From positions 120,070 through 184,069 of the forward strand of contig JALVQA010000004.1 in assembly GCA_027031495.1 (NCBI GenBank): a stretch of DNA of 64,000 nucleotides, in the 5' to 3' direction. Below the pieces are notes generated by a model. The model had not been told where the DNA came from, did not search any database, and saw only the letters and a program-made list of their open reading frames with translations. This DNA comes from Candidatus Moraniibacteriota bacterium (GTDB lineage: Bacteria > Patescibacteriota > Minisyncoccia > Moranbacterales > GCA-2747515). This document shows, piece after piece, positions 31,365 through 41,701 of the stretch; the first letter of the stretch is position 1, and each line of letters starts with the position of its first letter. A program made the translations under genes and the position numbers.

Positions 31365-34300
31365 ATGCCAAAAAAAGCAATAAAAAACAAAAAACAAAGG
31401 AGATTATCACGAATATTGATGGAAACCATAACTGTTGTGATTGCTACTATTGTTCTTTATTTGCTTTTCCCGACATTGCGTAGTCTGATTGCACAGAATG
31501 TTGCTCTTATATCAAATCTTGGCAATAAAACCGAGGTTATTGACGTTGCAGATGAAATTGCCACGCAACGGTATGTACCTGAAATGCCAACGTCACTGGA
31601 GGTGCTATATGGAAATATATTAACTTATACAAATGAGGATGGCGCGACAACAAATATTGATTTGACGCCCTATCTTGACAATACCGATAATCAAACGCTT
31701 GCTCTTACGAAAAATGTTCTTTCAATCACAGGGGGTAACGACGTTGATCTTTCCACCATAAAGCTAAAATGGAGTCATATTACCGATATTCCTGACGACA
31801 TTGCTGATGGTGATGATGATACGACATATGCTGCAGGTGTAGGATTAACACTTATAAGTACACAATTTTCACTTAATGCCTCGCTCAATGATCTAACGGA
31901 TGTAAGTACGGCGGGTGCAGTGAGCGGTCAGGCACTCGTTTGGAACGGGGTGCAATGGGTGCCGTCATCTGTGAGCAGTGGTACTGCGGATACGCTTTAC
32001 ACGGCAGATGGCACAATAACGAGCAATAGAATCGTCACGATTGGTAGCAATAATCTTGCCTTTGCCGGTACTGGTATGATTGGCATTGGCATTATTAATC
32101 CAGCATACACACTTGATGTTAATGGCGACATTAACTTTACCGGCACTCTCTATCAAAATGGTACACCTTTTCCTATCGGTGCGACAAAAATTGACGACTT
32201 GTCTGATGGACAGTCAGACACAACCAATACCAATCTCTTTCTTGGGCATGCGGGCTTTAGTGGCACATTCTATAACAAGAGAAATACTGTTGTCGGCCTT
32301 GAGGCTTTCATAACAAAGAATGCGACAGCTTTTCCGCCGCCACTTTCATCTTATGCTGGCAATGATAATACAGCTATTGGTTATCGTGCACTGTCAAATA
32401 ATACATCCGGATTTTATAATACGGCAACTGGCTCATTGGCGCTTTACAATAACACAACGGGGTATGGTAATGTGGCATATGGTTTTAGGACGCTTTCTTC
32501 AAATACAACAGGGGCTCTTAATAATGCACATGGCGGCGATGCTCTCTATAATAATACAACCGGTAACAGAAACAGTGCATATGGCGCACGATCTCTCTAT
32601 AACAATATTGATGGCTCAAACAACGTTGCTGTAGGTTATGTTACCCTCTTTGGTAATACGCACGGCTCAGATAATACTGCGATCGGGTATAGTGCTCTTC
32701 ACAACAATATTGATGGCTCAAACAACGTTGCAGTAGGAAATAATGCTCTCTATAATAATACCAGCGGCTCAGATAATATCGCACAGGGTAATCGCGCTCT
32801 CTATAGCAATATTGATGGCATAGAGAATGTTGCACAGGGCGCCTACGCACTCTTCTCCAATACCAATGGATCATATAACGTTGCAATCGGTTTTGAAGCC
32901 CTCCGTTATAATCTTGGTGGTCAGAACAACGTGGCAGTAGGGCCAGGCGCCCTCCTAAGTAATTCGAATGGTAACTACAATGTTGCACAAGGAGCAAGCG
33001 CACTTCAGAACAATACAAGTGGCGACTACAACAATGCTTACGGTGCTTACGCGCTTTATAGTAATACAAGTGGCGACTACAACAATGCTTACGGTGCTTA
33101 CGCGCTTTATAGTAATACAAGTGGTACTAGCAATGTTGCACAAGGCGCTTATACATTGTATTCAAATGGAACTGGCAGTCGTAATGTTGCGCAGGGTGTG
33201 AATGTGTTACGCAACAACACAAGCGGTTACAACAATACGGCACAAGGTTTTCAATCTCTCTATGCCAACTTGACGGGTCATAACAATACAGCGCAGGGTA
33301 TATACGCACTTTTTTCCAATACGAGTGGTCGCTATAACACAGCTGTTGGCGCACAAGCGCTTTACGGTAACACAGCTGGTGAGGGTAATACAGCTGTTGG
33401 TGCGTTCACACTTGTTAATAATACAACGGGAAGTTATAGCACAGCACAAGGATACTATGCACTTCACGCAAATACGAGCGGTCTTTATAATACAGCATAT
33501 GGTGCATATACTCTTCGCGAAAATACAACCGGTAATTATAACGTAGCGGTCGGCATGCGAGCGTTAAATGATAATACAACCGGTTCTAACAATACAGCTG
33601 TTGGCGTTGATGCCTTGCGTGAAAACACAATCGGTATCAGCAATGTGGCAGTTGGTTTGGAGACACTCTATAAGAACACAAGTGGTAACTATAATGCCGC
33701 ACAGGGCGCTTATGCACTGCATGAGAATACAACCGGCTCCAACAATACGGCAACAGGTTTTCAGACGTTGTATAGGAATACGACTGGCGGTTCCAATACG
33801 GCACATGGTACGAATGCGCTCATATTTAATACAATAGGCTCATACAATACTGCGCAAGGTACGGATGCGTTGGCGACAAACTCAACGGGCAATAATAATA
33901 CGGCACAAGGTGCAAGTGCTCTCTTTAGCAACTCAACCGGCTCCAACAATACGGCAACAGGTTTTCAGACGTTGTATAGGAATACGACCGGAGCAAACAA
34001 TGTCGCACACGGCTTTAAAGCACTCTTTTCAAATACAACTGGTGCTGGCAATGCGGCATATGGTGCGAGCGCGCTCTATAGCAACACGACCGGTGCTGGC
34101 AATACGGCAACTGGTCTAGAAGCACTCTTTTCAAACACGACTGGTGGCTATAACGTCGCATATGGTTACCAGGCACTAACGTCAAACACAACTGGATCAG
34201 GGAATGCGGCACATGGTGCATGGGCACTCTATAGCAATAGAAGTGGTTCAAGTAATACGGCACAAGGTATTCGTGCGCTTTACAGTAATACAACAGGTGC

Positions 34301-36152
34301 TAACAACACAGCGCAAGGTGCCAATGCGCTTCGTATGAATACCTTTGGCTCTCATAATACCGCACAAGGCGCTAGCGCTCTCTATAACAATACAGCAGGC
34401 GCCAATAATACCGCACAAGGTGAGCAAGCACTTTATAACAATAAAACTGGTTCAAGTAATACAGCACAAGGAACACAGTCTCTCTATACAAATACAACCG
34501 GCTTTAATAACGTTGCACAAGGTGCACTTGCGCTCTTCTCAAATACAACTGGTTCTAGAAATACAGCACAAGGCTACAGAACGCTCTTTAGCAATACAAC
34601 AGGATTTAGAAATACGGCACAAGGTATAGAAGCGCTCTATAGTAACACAACCGGTCACAGCAATGTCGCGCAGGGCTCAGAAGCGCTTTACCACAATACA
34701 ACTGGTTCCTATAACGTTGCGCAGGGCTTGCAGGCTCTCTACAATAATACGGAAGGCAGTTACAATACAGCGCATGGTATGGGTGCCTTATATAACAATG
34801 CAGAAGGAAGTCATAATACTGCTGATGGTGCAAATGCACTTAGCAAAAACACAAAGGGTGAGTTTAACAGTGCAGTTGGAGCATCAGCACTCTATAGCAA
34901 CACAACTGGTAACTATAATGTTGCAGGTGGTTTCCAGGCACTTTACTCAAATGAAGGCGGTTCTTACAATGTTGCGCACGGCTATGCTGCACTGTACAGC
35001 AACATGTCTGGAAGCGGTAACGTTGCATATGGTACACGTGCGCTTCGTCTGAATACGAAAGGTGATGGCAATGTTGCGGTTGGTAGTGATGCGCTATATT
35101 CAAATGATAGTGGTTCTAGTAGTGTAGCTGTTGGGGATCATGCGCTCTACAGCAACACAACTGGTAACTACAATGTTGCGCAGGGCATGCAAGCACTGTA
35201 TAGCAACGTTGATGGATCGAATAATGCTGCATTTGGTACACGTGCACTTTTCTCGATCAAAAGTGGTTCTGATAACGTTGCTCTTGGCTTTAATGCTGGT
35301 CGCTTTATTGCCGATGGCGTAACGGCAAATGCGCTATCAGACCAAAGCATATTTATCGGTGCGAATGCAAAAGCAAATGCTGATAAAGAAACAAATCAAA
35401 TCGTTATTGGTTATAATGCAGTTGGTTTTGGTTCCGATACTGTTACTATTGGTAATGATAATATTAAAAAAACTATACTTAAGGGCAGTATTGGTATTGG
35501 TGTAACATCACCAACATATCGTCTTGAACTTCCAAATAATTCTGGTGTTGGTTCTGGGCGTGCACGTGCTTATCAATGGGCAACATACTCCGACAGTCGC
35601 ATCAAGAAAAACCAGGTCGCGCTGACAGAGGAGATTGACCCACTTGCAGTACTCGCACTTCTTACGCCAAAGACGTACATTCAATACGATTCTAGCTTCA
35701 CTGATGACGGTGAGCTCATCCTCAGCGGCAACGGTGACAAAACGTATGGTCTGATTGCACAGGAAGTTTACAATGCACGTCTTAATGGCAAGCGCATATT
35801 TGAGGGCGTCGTCTACAAGCCGGAAGACGAAAACAGTGATCTGTGGTCTCTTGATTACGAGAAATTTATTCCATTCACGATTGCCGCCATCCAAGAACAG
35901 CAAAAAAATATTACTGCCAATGCTCTCAAGATCGCTACACTATCCGATTTGACGCACCGCGTTGATGATCTTGCGCAGCGTATTCAAACAACGGATGCTA
36001 CAACAGATATTGACGCAGCTCTTGTTGCGGTCAACACAAAGATCACAGAACTCTTTGACACAACAACCACTCTTGACGGTCGCCTCACAACAGCGCACAA
36101 CGACATCGCACAACTGACACAACAACCCTCAATCCTGACACACTCGTTCTGA
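31365..36152 (+). CDS. Giant membrane-anchored beta-solenoid repeat protein with Peptidase S74-like (tail-fibre chaperone) domain
   Basis: N-terminal TM, ~58 17-aa repeats, YSDSRIKKNQ...YGLIAQEV...LDYEKFIP...AIQE. Confidence 0.85.
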   Translation: MPKKAIKNKKQRRLSRILMETITVVIATIVLYLLFPTLRSLIAQNVALISNLGNKTEVIDVADEIATQRYVPEMPTSLEVLYGNILTYTNEDGATTNIDLTPYLDNTDNQTLALTKNVLSITGGNDVDLSTIKLKWSHITDIPDDIADGDDDTTYAAGVGLTLISTQFSLNASLNDLTDVSTAGAVSGQALVWNGVQWVPSSVSSGTADTLYTADGTITSNRIVTIGSNNLAFAGTGMIGIGIINPAYTLDVNGDINFTGTLYQNGTPFPIGATKIDDLSDGQSDTTNTNLFLGHAGFSGTFYNKRNTVVGLEAFITKNATAFPPPLSSYAGNDNTAIGYRALSNNTSGFYNTATGSLALYNNTTGYGNVAYGFRTLSSNTTGALNNAHGGDALYNNTTGNRNSAYGARSLYNNIDGSNNVAVGYVTLFGNTHGSDNTAIGYSALHNNIDGSNNVAVGNNALYNNTSGSDNIAQGNRALYSNIDGIENVAQGAYALFSNTNGSYNVAIGFEALRYNLGGQNNVAVGPGALLSNSNGNYNVAQGASALQNNTSGDYNNAYGAYALYSNTSGDYNNAYGAYALYSNTSGTSNVAQGAYTLYSNGTGSRNVAQGVNVLRNNTSGYNNTAQGFQSLYANLTGHNNTAQGIYALFSNTSGRYNTAVGAQALYGNTAGEGNTAVGAFTLVNNTTGSYSTAQGYYALHANTSGLYNTAYGAYTLRENTTGNYNVAVGMRALNDNTTGSNNTAVGVDALRENTIGISNVAVGLETLYKNTSGNYNAAQGAYALHENTTGSNNTATGFQTLYRNTTGGSNTAHGTNALIFNTIGSYNTAQGTDALATNSTGNNNTAQGASALFSNSTGSNNTATGFQTLYRNTTGANNVAHGFKALFSNTTGAGNAAYGASALYSNTTGAGNTATGLEALFSNTTGGYNVAYGYQALTSNTTGSGNAAHGAWALYSNRSGSSNTAQGIRALYSNTTGANNTAQGANALRMNTFGSHNTAQGASALYNNTAGANNTAQGEQALYNNKTGSSNTAQGTQSLYTNTTGFNNVAQGALALFSNTTGSRNTAQGYRTLFSNTTGFRNTAQGIEALYSNTTGHSNVAQGSEALYHNTTGSYNVAQGLQALYNNTEGSYNTAHGMGALYNNAEGSHNTADGANALSKNTKGEFNSAVGASALYSNTTGNYNVAGGFQALYSNEGGSYNVAHGYAALYSNMSGSGNVAYGTRALRLNTKGDGNVAVGSDALYSNDSGSSSVAVGDHALYSNTTGNYNVAQGMQALYSNVDGSNNAAFGTRALFSIKSGSDNVALGFNAGRFIADGVTANALSDQSIFIGANAKANADKETNQIVIGYNAVGFGSDTVTIGNDNIKKTILKGSIGIGVTSPTYRLELPNNSGVGSGRARAYQWATYSDSRIKKNQVALTEEIDPLAVLALLTPKTYIQYDSSFTDDGELILSGNGDKTYGLIAQEVYNARLNGKRIFEGVVYKPEDENSDLWSLDYEKFIPFTIAAIQEQQKNITANALKIATLSDLTHRVDDLAQRIQTTDATTDIDAALVAVNTKITELFDTTTTLDGRLTTAHNDIAQLTQQPSILTHSF
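32400..35306 (+). repeat. Coding tandem array of 51-nt/17-aa units (NTTGxxNxAxGxxALxx)
   Basis: 57 full units counted by hand; exact tandem duplication at 33012-33113. Confidence 0.92.
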
Positions 36153-36697
36153 CAGACAGCGACGGCAACGTTACACTCAACGGCATCCTCACAGCACAGA
36201 AGGTAAAAGCTGATGAGGTGGAAACCGCAAAAATCACCATCGTTAACAACGACGATGCGCCAACCGTTGGCACAGCTGTGATCCCTGCCGGCAAGACAAG
36301 TGTGACGGTGGAGACGGAGGCTGTGAGTGAGGATAGTCGCATTCTTGTTACTTTTACAAGTGATTTGAAGGGGCGTAGTTTCTACGTGTCTGATCGTAAC
36401 GATGGTTCGTTTACCGTAAATATTTCTAGAACATTTACAACAGATGAGAGTACTTTTGATTGGTGGGTTGTTAATGCAGATGTGCCGTCGGATATGTTTA
36501 GTAAGGATTCAGATGATTCGTCATCTGAATCCGGTGATTCTGCCGTTATTGTCGATGAGTCAGGCGATAATTATGATGATGAGTCTGGTACTGATGATAA
36601 TGGCGGCACTGATGACAGCGTTGACACTGATGCTGTTGATGTGACGGGCGATTCTGTGGAAGGTGATAGTGACAGTTCTGCTGAAAGTGGTGTATAA
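36122..36697 (+). CDS. Probable frameshifted C-terminus of the giant repeat protein (beta domain plus acidic D/S tail)
   Basis: Frame of the 36218 ORF is open back to 36077 and reads TTLNPDTLVLTDSDGNVTLNG... Confidence 0.6.
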   Translation, partial: TTLNPDTLVLTDSDGNVTLNGILTAQKVKADEVETAKITIVNNDDAPTVGTAVIPAGKTSVTVETEAVSEDSRILVTFTSDLKGRSFYVSDRNDGSFTVNISRTFTTDESTFDWWVVNADVPSDMFSKDSDDSSSESGDSAVIVDESGDNYDDESGTDDNGGTDDSVDTDAVDVTGDSVEGDSDSSAESGV

Positions 36698-36777
36698 TAC
36701 TGGTTGCAATAGTGCTTATTATGCAAATGCGTGGTAAATGATCATTTTGTTTATAGTATAAATCAAAATAAAAGTGT

Positions 36778-37584
36778 ATGGTGCACAGAAAGCGACGACG
36801 AGCAATTATTATTTCAATCTATGGCGTGATGGTATTTGCACTCATATGGTTTATTGTTGATGCGTTTCGTCCTGCGCCATCGTGTAGCGATGGGAAGAGG
36901 AATCAGAATGAAATAGGTATTGATTGTGGCGGTGTTTGTAAGCCATGTCCAGTTAAGATTTCCGCTGAACCATTAAAGATTGACAGTGCATATGTTGTCG
37001 ATGGTGTTGACAATAGAGTTGATGCTGTGGCACAGATCACGAATCCAAATCCTCTCTTTGGTGCGCACTCTGTTCAATACGTTTTCCGCCTCAAAGATAA
37101 AGACGGTGCAATTGTTGCGGAGCGCAAAGGATCAACGTTTATTTTACCATCGGAAACAAAATATGTGATAGAGTTAGGTATTCGCGGGTCTGACAACGCT
37201 CGTATTGTGTCTGCGGACTTTACCATTACCGATGTTGTGTGGCAGTCATTTAATAGCTATCAAGAACCCCGCATTGTTGTACTTAATAAGACATATTCCG
37301 TTGTACACTCTGATACGGCATACAGTCGCGTAACGGGTCTCATACGTAATGAGAGTGGTTTTGATTTTGCTTCTATTTATGTAAATGTTGTACTAAAAGA
37401 TCAAAACGGTGTTCCTGTGGCTGTTCATCGTACACGTCTTGATACCATTGACAGTGGTATGGAACGAGAGTTTTCTTTGCCGTGGCCACAACGTTTTTCT
37501 GGTGATGTTGCAACGGTTGATGTTGATATAGAAGCAAACGTTTTTGATGTTGATAATTATCGCAGGAAATATATATCTGATTAA
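36778..37584 (+). CDS. Membrane-anchored protein with Cys-rich motif and two Ig-like (FxLYD-type) domains
   Basis: TM, CSDGKRNQNEIGIDCGGVCKPC, beta-sandwich patterns. Confidence 0.7.
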   Translation: MVHRKRRRAIIISIYGVMVFALIWFIVDAFRPAPSCSDGKRNQNEIGIDCGGVCKPCPVKISAEPLKIDSAYVVDGVDNRVDAVAQITNPNPLFGAHSVQYVFRLKDKDGAIVAERKGSTFILPSETKYVIELGIRGSDNARIVSADFTITDVVWQSFNSYQEPRIVVLNKTYSVVHSDTAYSRVTGLIRNESGFDFASIYVNVVLKDQNGVPVAVHRTRLDTIDSGMEREFSLPWPQRFSGDVATVDVDIEANVFDVDNYRRKYISD

Positions 37585-37630
37585 GTAAGGATGGGATAGT
37601 GGCGATTGAGAAATTGGCGTGAAGTATAAT

Positions 37631-38728
37631 ATGGGAAAATTTGCACAGTTTGATTGGATTCTTATAACGGCAATATTTCTCTTGTTGGGATTGAGTATTC
37701 TTGAACTATACAGTATTTCTCTTTCGCAGGATGTTTCTGTAAATTATGCGCAGCGGCAGGGTATTTTTGCCTTGGTTAGTGTTGCTGTCATGTTCTTTTT
37801 GTCTTCAATGGATTATCGTGTTATTCGCAGAAGGCATACACGTATTCTTTATTTTGGAACATTATTTTTATTGGGGCTTGTGCTTGCTATTGGTACAAAT
37901 GTACGTGGTACAGTTGGCTGGATCGTGATTGGACCATTTTCTTTACAGGTTGTTGAATTTGCAAAAGTTGCTATTATTATATTTCTTGCCGGCTTTATCG
38001 CTGCAAAGCAGACAGTTTTCGGATCTGGTGGTCGCCTTGTTGTGTCGCTCATTCTTGTTTTTATTGTTGTTTCTCTTATTTTGGCACAACCTGATTTTGG
38101 AAGTGCAATGATATTGCTCTCTGTGTGGTTCGGCATGCTCTTTGTATCTGGTATGCGCCGTACACATATTATTGCAATGGTATTTTCTCTTATTGTTGTT
38201 AGTATTGGCACGTGGTTTTTCCTTGCAGACTACCAACGCGATCGTGTGCGTGCATTCATAGATCCATACATAGATCCATATGGTAGTGGCTATAATGTTA
38301 TTCAGGCAATGATAGCAGTTGGTTCTGGTGGTGTGATGGGTAAGGGACTTGGACATGGCACACAGACGCAACTTGGCTTTTTGCCAGAGAGCCATACAGA
38401 TTTTATTTTTGCTGTGATTGCAGAAGAATTCGGTCTTTTTGGTGCACTTTTTGTTATTGTGCTCTTTGGCATTATTCTCTTTCGCCTGTGGCGTATTGCT
38501 CTGCGCGCACCGACAAATTTTAGTTACTTGATTGTGAGTGGCGTGATGATCATGATATTTGTACAAGTCGTCATTAATGTTGGTATGAATATTGGTATTA
38601 TGCCTGTAACGGGTATCCCGCTACCATTTGTCAGTTATGGCGGTAGTTCGCTCTTGGCAAGCAGTATCGCTATCGGCATTGTACTTTCTATTGATCGTAT
38701 AACACGTCGCACACAAGACTTTGTGTAA
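37631..38728 (+). CDS. rodA: SEDS peptidoglycan glycosyltransferase, RodA-like
   Basis: EFAK, QPDFG, GYNVIQA.IA.GSGG, PESHTDFIF, TGIPLPFVSYGGS. Confidence 0.92.
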   Translation: MGKFAQFDWILITAIFLLLGLSILELYSISLSQDVSVNYAQRQGIFALVSVAVMFFLSSMDYRVIRRRHTRILYFGTLFLLGLVLAIGTNVRGTVGWIVIGPFSLQVVEFAKVAIIIFLAGFIAAKQTVFGSGGRLVVSLILVFIVVSLILAQPDFGSAMILLSVWFGMLFVSGMRRTHIIAMVFSLIVVSIGTWFFLADYQRDRVRAFIDPYIDPYGSGYNVIQAMIAVGSGGVMGKGLGHGTQTQLGFLPESHTDFIFAVIAEEFGLFGALFVIVLFGIILFRLWRIALRAPTNFSYLIVSGVMIMIFVQVVINVGMNIGIMPVTGIPLPFVSYGGSSLLASSIAIGIVLSIDRITRRTQDFV

Positions 38729-38798
38729 CGCACTATTGCGGTTGTGTGTAAAAATAGTGTATGGTAGAAATGTAGGTAATTAAATCACAGTGAATATT

Positions 38799-40193
38799 AT
38801 GGCAGCAACGAGAGCGAGTGCAAGTATTGATACGCTTGTAGCTTTTGCAAAACGACGTGGCTTTGTTTTTCTATCCAGCGAGATTTACGGTGGCTTTGCG
38901 GCAGTCTATGATTACGGTCCGTACGGTGCGCTGTTGGCACGCAATATTCGCGATGCGTGGTGGCGCGCGATGGTACAAGAACATGCAAATATCGTTGGTT
39001 TGGATAGTAGTATATTTATGTCGCCACGTGTGTGGGAGGCGTCGGGACATGTTGCAAACTTTAGTGACCCGCTTGCAGAGTGCAAGCGGTGTCACACGCG
39101 CGTGCGGGTGGATCACCTACTGGAAGTGGCAGGTGTTTTTGCGGACGAGAAAATGAGTGATGAGGAAATCAATGTGTTATTGCGAGAAAATAAGGAAAAG
39201 GTGCGGTGCCCACAGTGCGGTGGGAGTGATTTTAGTGATGCAAAAGCATTCAACTTGCTTGTGCAGTCAAACCTCGGCAACTTTACCGGTGACTGGAACA
39301 AGCAGCCGACATATTTGCGCGGTGAGACGTGTCAGGGAATTTATGTAAACTTTAAGAATGTGTTGGATACGGCGCGTGTCAAAGTACCGTTTGGTATTGC
39401 ACAAATTGGCAAGGCATTCCGTAACGAAATCACTGCACGGCAGTTTATTTTCCGCAAGAGGGAATTTGAGCAGATGGAAATGCAGTACTTTGTTGCGCCA
39501 GATGCGATGATGGATGCATACAAAGAGTGGCGTGCAAAACGCTGGCATTTCTATACGGAAACACTCGGCTTTCGCAAAGAAAACATTCGTTGGCACGAGC
39601 ATGAAAATCTCGTCTTCTACGCCAAAGCAGCGCACGACATTGAATACTGTTTTCCGTTTGGCTTTAAGGAGTTGGAAGGTGTGCATGCACGTGGTGACTA
39701 CGATTTGATGCAACATATGAAGGCATCTGGCGTTGATCTGATGTATCGTGATCCACAGACAGGGGAGAAGTATATTCCACATATCGTGGAGACATCTGTT
39801 GGTGTGGATCGGCTGTTTTTAGCAGTACTCACGGAGGCATACGAGGAAGAAGATCTTGGCGAAGGTAAGACGCGTACGGTTCTGCATTTGCCAAAGGTGC
39901 TTGCGCCAATTACAGCGGCGGTCTTTCCACTCATGAAGAATAAGCCTGCACTGGTAACAAAAGCGCGAGAAGTTTTTGATATGTTGAGCGCACAATATAT
40001 GTGCGAGTTTGATGATAATGGTAATGTTGGCAAGCGCTATCGTCGACAAGATGAGATTGGTACGCCGTATTGTGTGACAATTGATTTTCAGACGCTAGAG
40101 GATAATACCGTGACGGTGCGCGATCGTGATACGATGCATCAAGAGCGTGTAGCAATAGATATGATAAGTGAGTACATTCGTAAGAATAAATGA
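38799..40193 (+). CDS. glyS: Glycine--tRNA ligase, dimeric alpha2 type
   Basis: YDYGP.G, LRGETCQG, FRNEI, EFEQME, GKRYRRQDEIGTP. Confidence 0.96.
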   Translation: MAATRASASIDTLVAFAKRRGFVFLSSEIYGGFAAVYDYGPYGALLARNIRDAWWRAMVQEHANIVGLDSSIFMSPRVWEASGHVANFSDPLAECKRCHTRVRVDHLLEVAGVFADEKMSDEEINVLLRENKEKVRCPQCGGSDFSDAKAFNLLVQSNLGNFTGDWNKQPTYLRGETCQGIYVNFKNVLDTARVKVPFGIAQIGKAFRNEITARQFIFRKREFEQMEMQYFVAPDAMMDAYKEWRAKRWHFYTETLGFRKENIRWHEHENLVFYAKAAHDIEYCFPFGFKELEGVHARGDYDLMQHMKASGVDLMYRDPQTGEKYIPHIVETSVGVDRLFLAVLTEAYEEEDLGEGKTRTVLHLPKVLAPITAAVFPLMKNKPALVTKAREVFDMLSAQYMCEFDDNGNVGKRYRRQDEIGTPYCVTIDFQTLEDNTVTVRDRDTMHQERVAIDMISEYIRKNK

Positions 40194-40220
40194 ATAAAAA
40201 GTTAATTTTTAGAGAGGATT

Positions 40221-41645
40221 ATGACGTATATTTCTTTTAAAAAAAGTGCGCAAAAAACAGCTGTGCGTATCATGTGGAGCGCTGATGTTGCCGCACCTGT
40301 TGTAGAGAGGCGCGGGGATCGTACACTGTTAGTTTTGCCACGTCGTACGGAAAAAGTAGAACGAGTAGAGTGGGTGCATCAATTGCGACGCGGTCTTCGG
40401 ATGGCAATGCAATATGGTTATGATTCTGTTGAGATTGACTTTGATGCAATTGTTCCCCAGAAAGAAGTAAGGGAAGAGTATGCGCGTCTTGCCGGTGTGC
40501 ATACAGCTTTAGCAAATTATGATTTTACGCATTACAAAAAGCATGATGATAATGGCAAGCGTGTCAAATTGCGCTCCGTTTGCTTTGTTACAACGCAATC
40601 GGATGTGCGTGTGTTAAATACTCTCGCACAATGGTGGCACATTGTCGGGGAGAATGCTAATGAAGCACGCACGCTTGCAAACACACCTGGTTCTGATATG
40701 ACGCCGGCGGCTTTTGCAACAGCAACACGACGTCTTATGCGCAGTATGCCACGTGTGCGTGTGCGTGTGCTAACGTCGGCACAAATGCGTACAGCACGTC
40801 TTAATGGTGTGTTGGCTGTCGGGCGCGGTAGCAGTGCAACGCCACGTTTTATCATCGTTGAATATCGTGGCAAGGATATGCATACATCATCAAAAAATAC
40901 AATAAAAGGTGACACGATTCTTCTTGTCGGTAAGGGCGTGACGTTTGACAGCGGTGGGATTGATGTAAAACCATACCCACACGCTACTGATATGATGATG
41001 GATATGAGTGGTGGCGCTGCTGTGCTTGCTGTTGTGCGTACTGCAGCGCAACTTGGCATAAAGCAGAATGTTGTCGCGCTTATACCAGCTGTTGAAAATA
41101 TGCCATCCGGTAGCAGTTTTCGTCCTGGTGATATTCTGACTATGCATAACGGTACAACTGTAGAGGTGCGCAATACTGATGCAGAAGGGCGACTTATTCT
41201 TGCGGACGCGCTATCCTATGGACAAAAACACTATGCACCATCGCTTATTATTGATGTTGCAACGCTCACCGGCGCATCACTTATTGCGTTGGGACAGCAG
41301 GCGAGTGCTGTGCTGTCGCCAAGTGAAGAACTTTCTCACATTATTGCGCGCTGCGGTGAAGACATTGTCGATCGTGCATGGCCACTGCCATTATGGTCAT
41401 CATATGATGCAATGCTCAAGAGCGAGGTAGCTGATATTGCAAACTTGGCATCGACCGGACAAGATCGCTATGCTGGAACAATTACTGCTGCCGCATTCCT
41501 CAAGAAGTTTGTTGATATTGATAACGTACAGTGGGTACATATTGATATGGCACCACGTATGACGGCAACAAAAGACGAAGGATTGGCATATGGTGCGACA
41601 GGCGCACCGATTGCATTATTATTGCGTTATCTTGAAACGTTATAG
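40221..41645 (+). CDS. pepA: Leucyl aminopeptidase (M17)
   Basis: GKGVTFDSGG, DMSGG, NTDAEGRL.LAD. Confidence 0.95.
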   Translation: MTYISFKKSAQKTAVRIMWSADVAAPVVERRGDRTLLVLPRRTEKVERVEWVHQLRRGLRMAMQYGYDSVEIDFDAIVPQKEVREEYARLAGVHTALANYDFTHYKKHDDNGKRVKLRSVCFVTTQSDVRVLNTLAQWWHIVGENANEARTLANTPGSDMTPAAFATATRRLMRSMPRVRVRVLTSAQMRTARLNGVLAVGRGSSATPRFIIVEYRGKDMHTSSKNTIKGDTILLVGKGVTFDSGGIDVKPYPHATDMMMDMSGGAAVLAVVRTAAQLGIKQNVVALIPAVENMPSGSSFRPGDILTMHNGTTVEVRNTDAEGRLILADALSYGQKHYAPSLIIDVATLTGASLIALGQQASAVLSPSEELSHIIARCGEDIVDRAWPLPLWSSYDAMLKSEVADIANLASTGQDRYAGTITAAAFLKKFVDIDNVQWVHIDMAPRMTATKDEGLAYGATGAPIALLLRYLETL

Positions 41646-41660
41646 GATAATGTTTATGAA

Positions 41661-41699
41661 ATAAAAACACCGCCATCCTAAGAATAGCGGTGTTTTTAT
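41661..41699. terminator. Bidirectional terminator
   Basis: AAAAACACCGC/GCGGTGTTTTT between convergent genes. Confidence 0.75.
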
Positions 41700-41701
41700 T
41701 G

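Noticed and set aside
32400-35306. CRISPR array
   Set aside because: Units are in-frame 51-nt coding repeats with silent-site variation; no repeat-spacer alternation and no cas genes
31365-36697. Prophage, suggested by the tail-fibre chaperone domain
   Set aside because: Flanked by rpsA and rodA; no integrase, capsid, terminase or other tail genes
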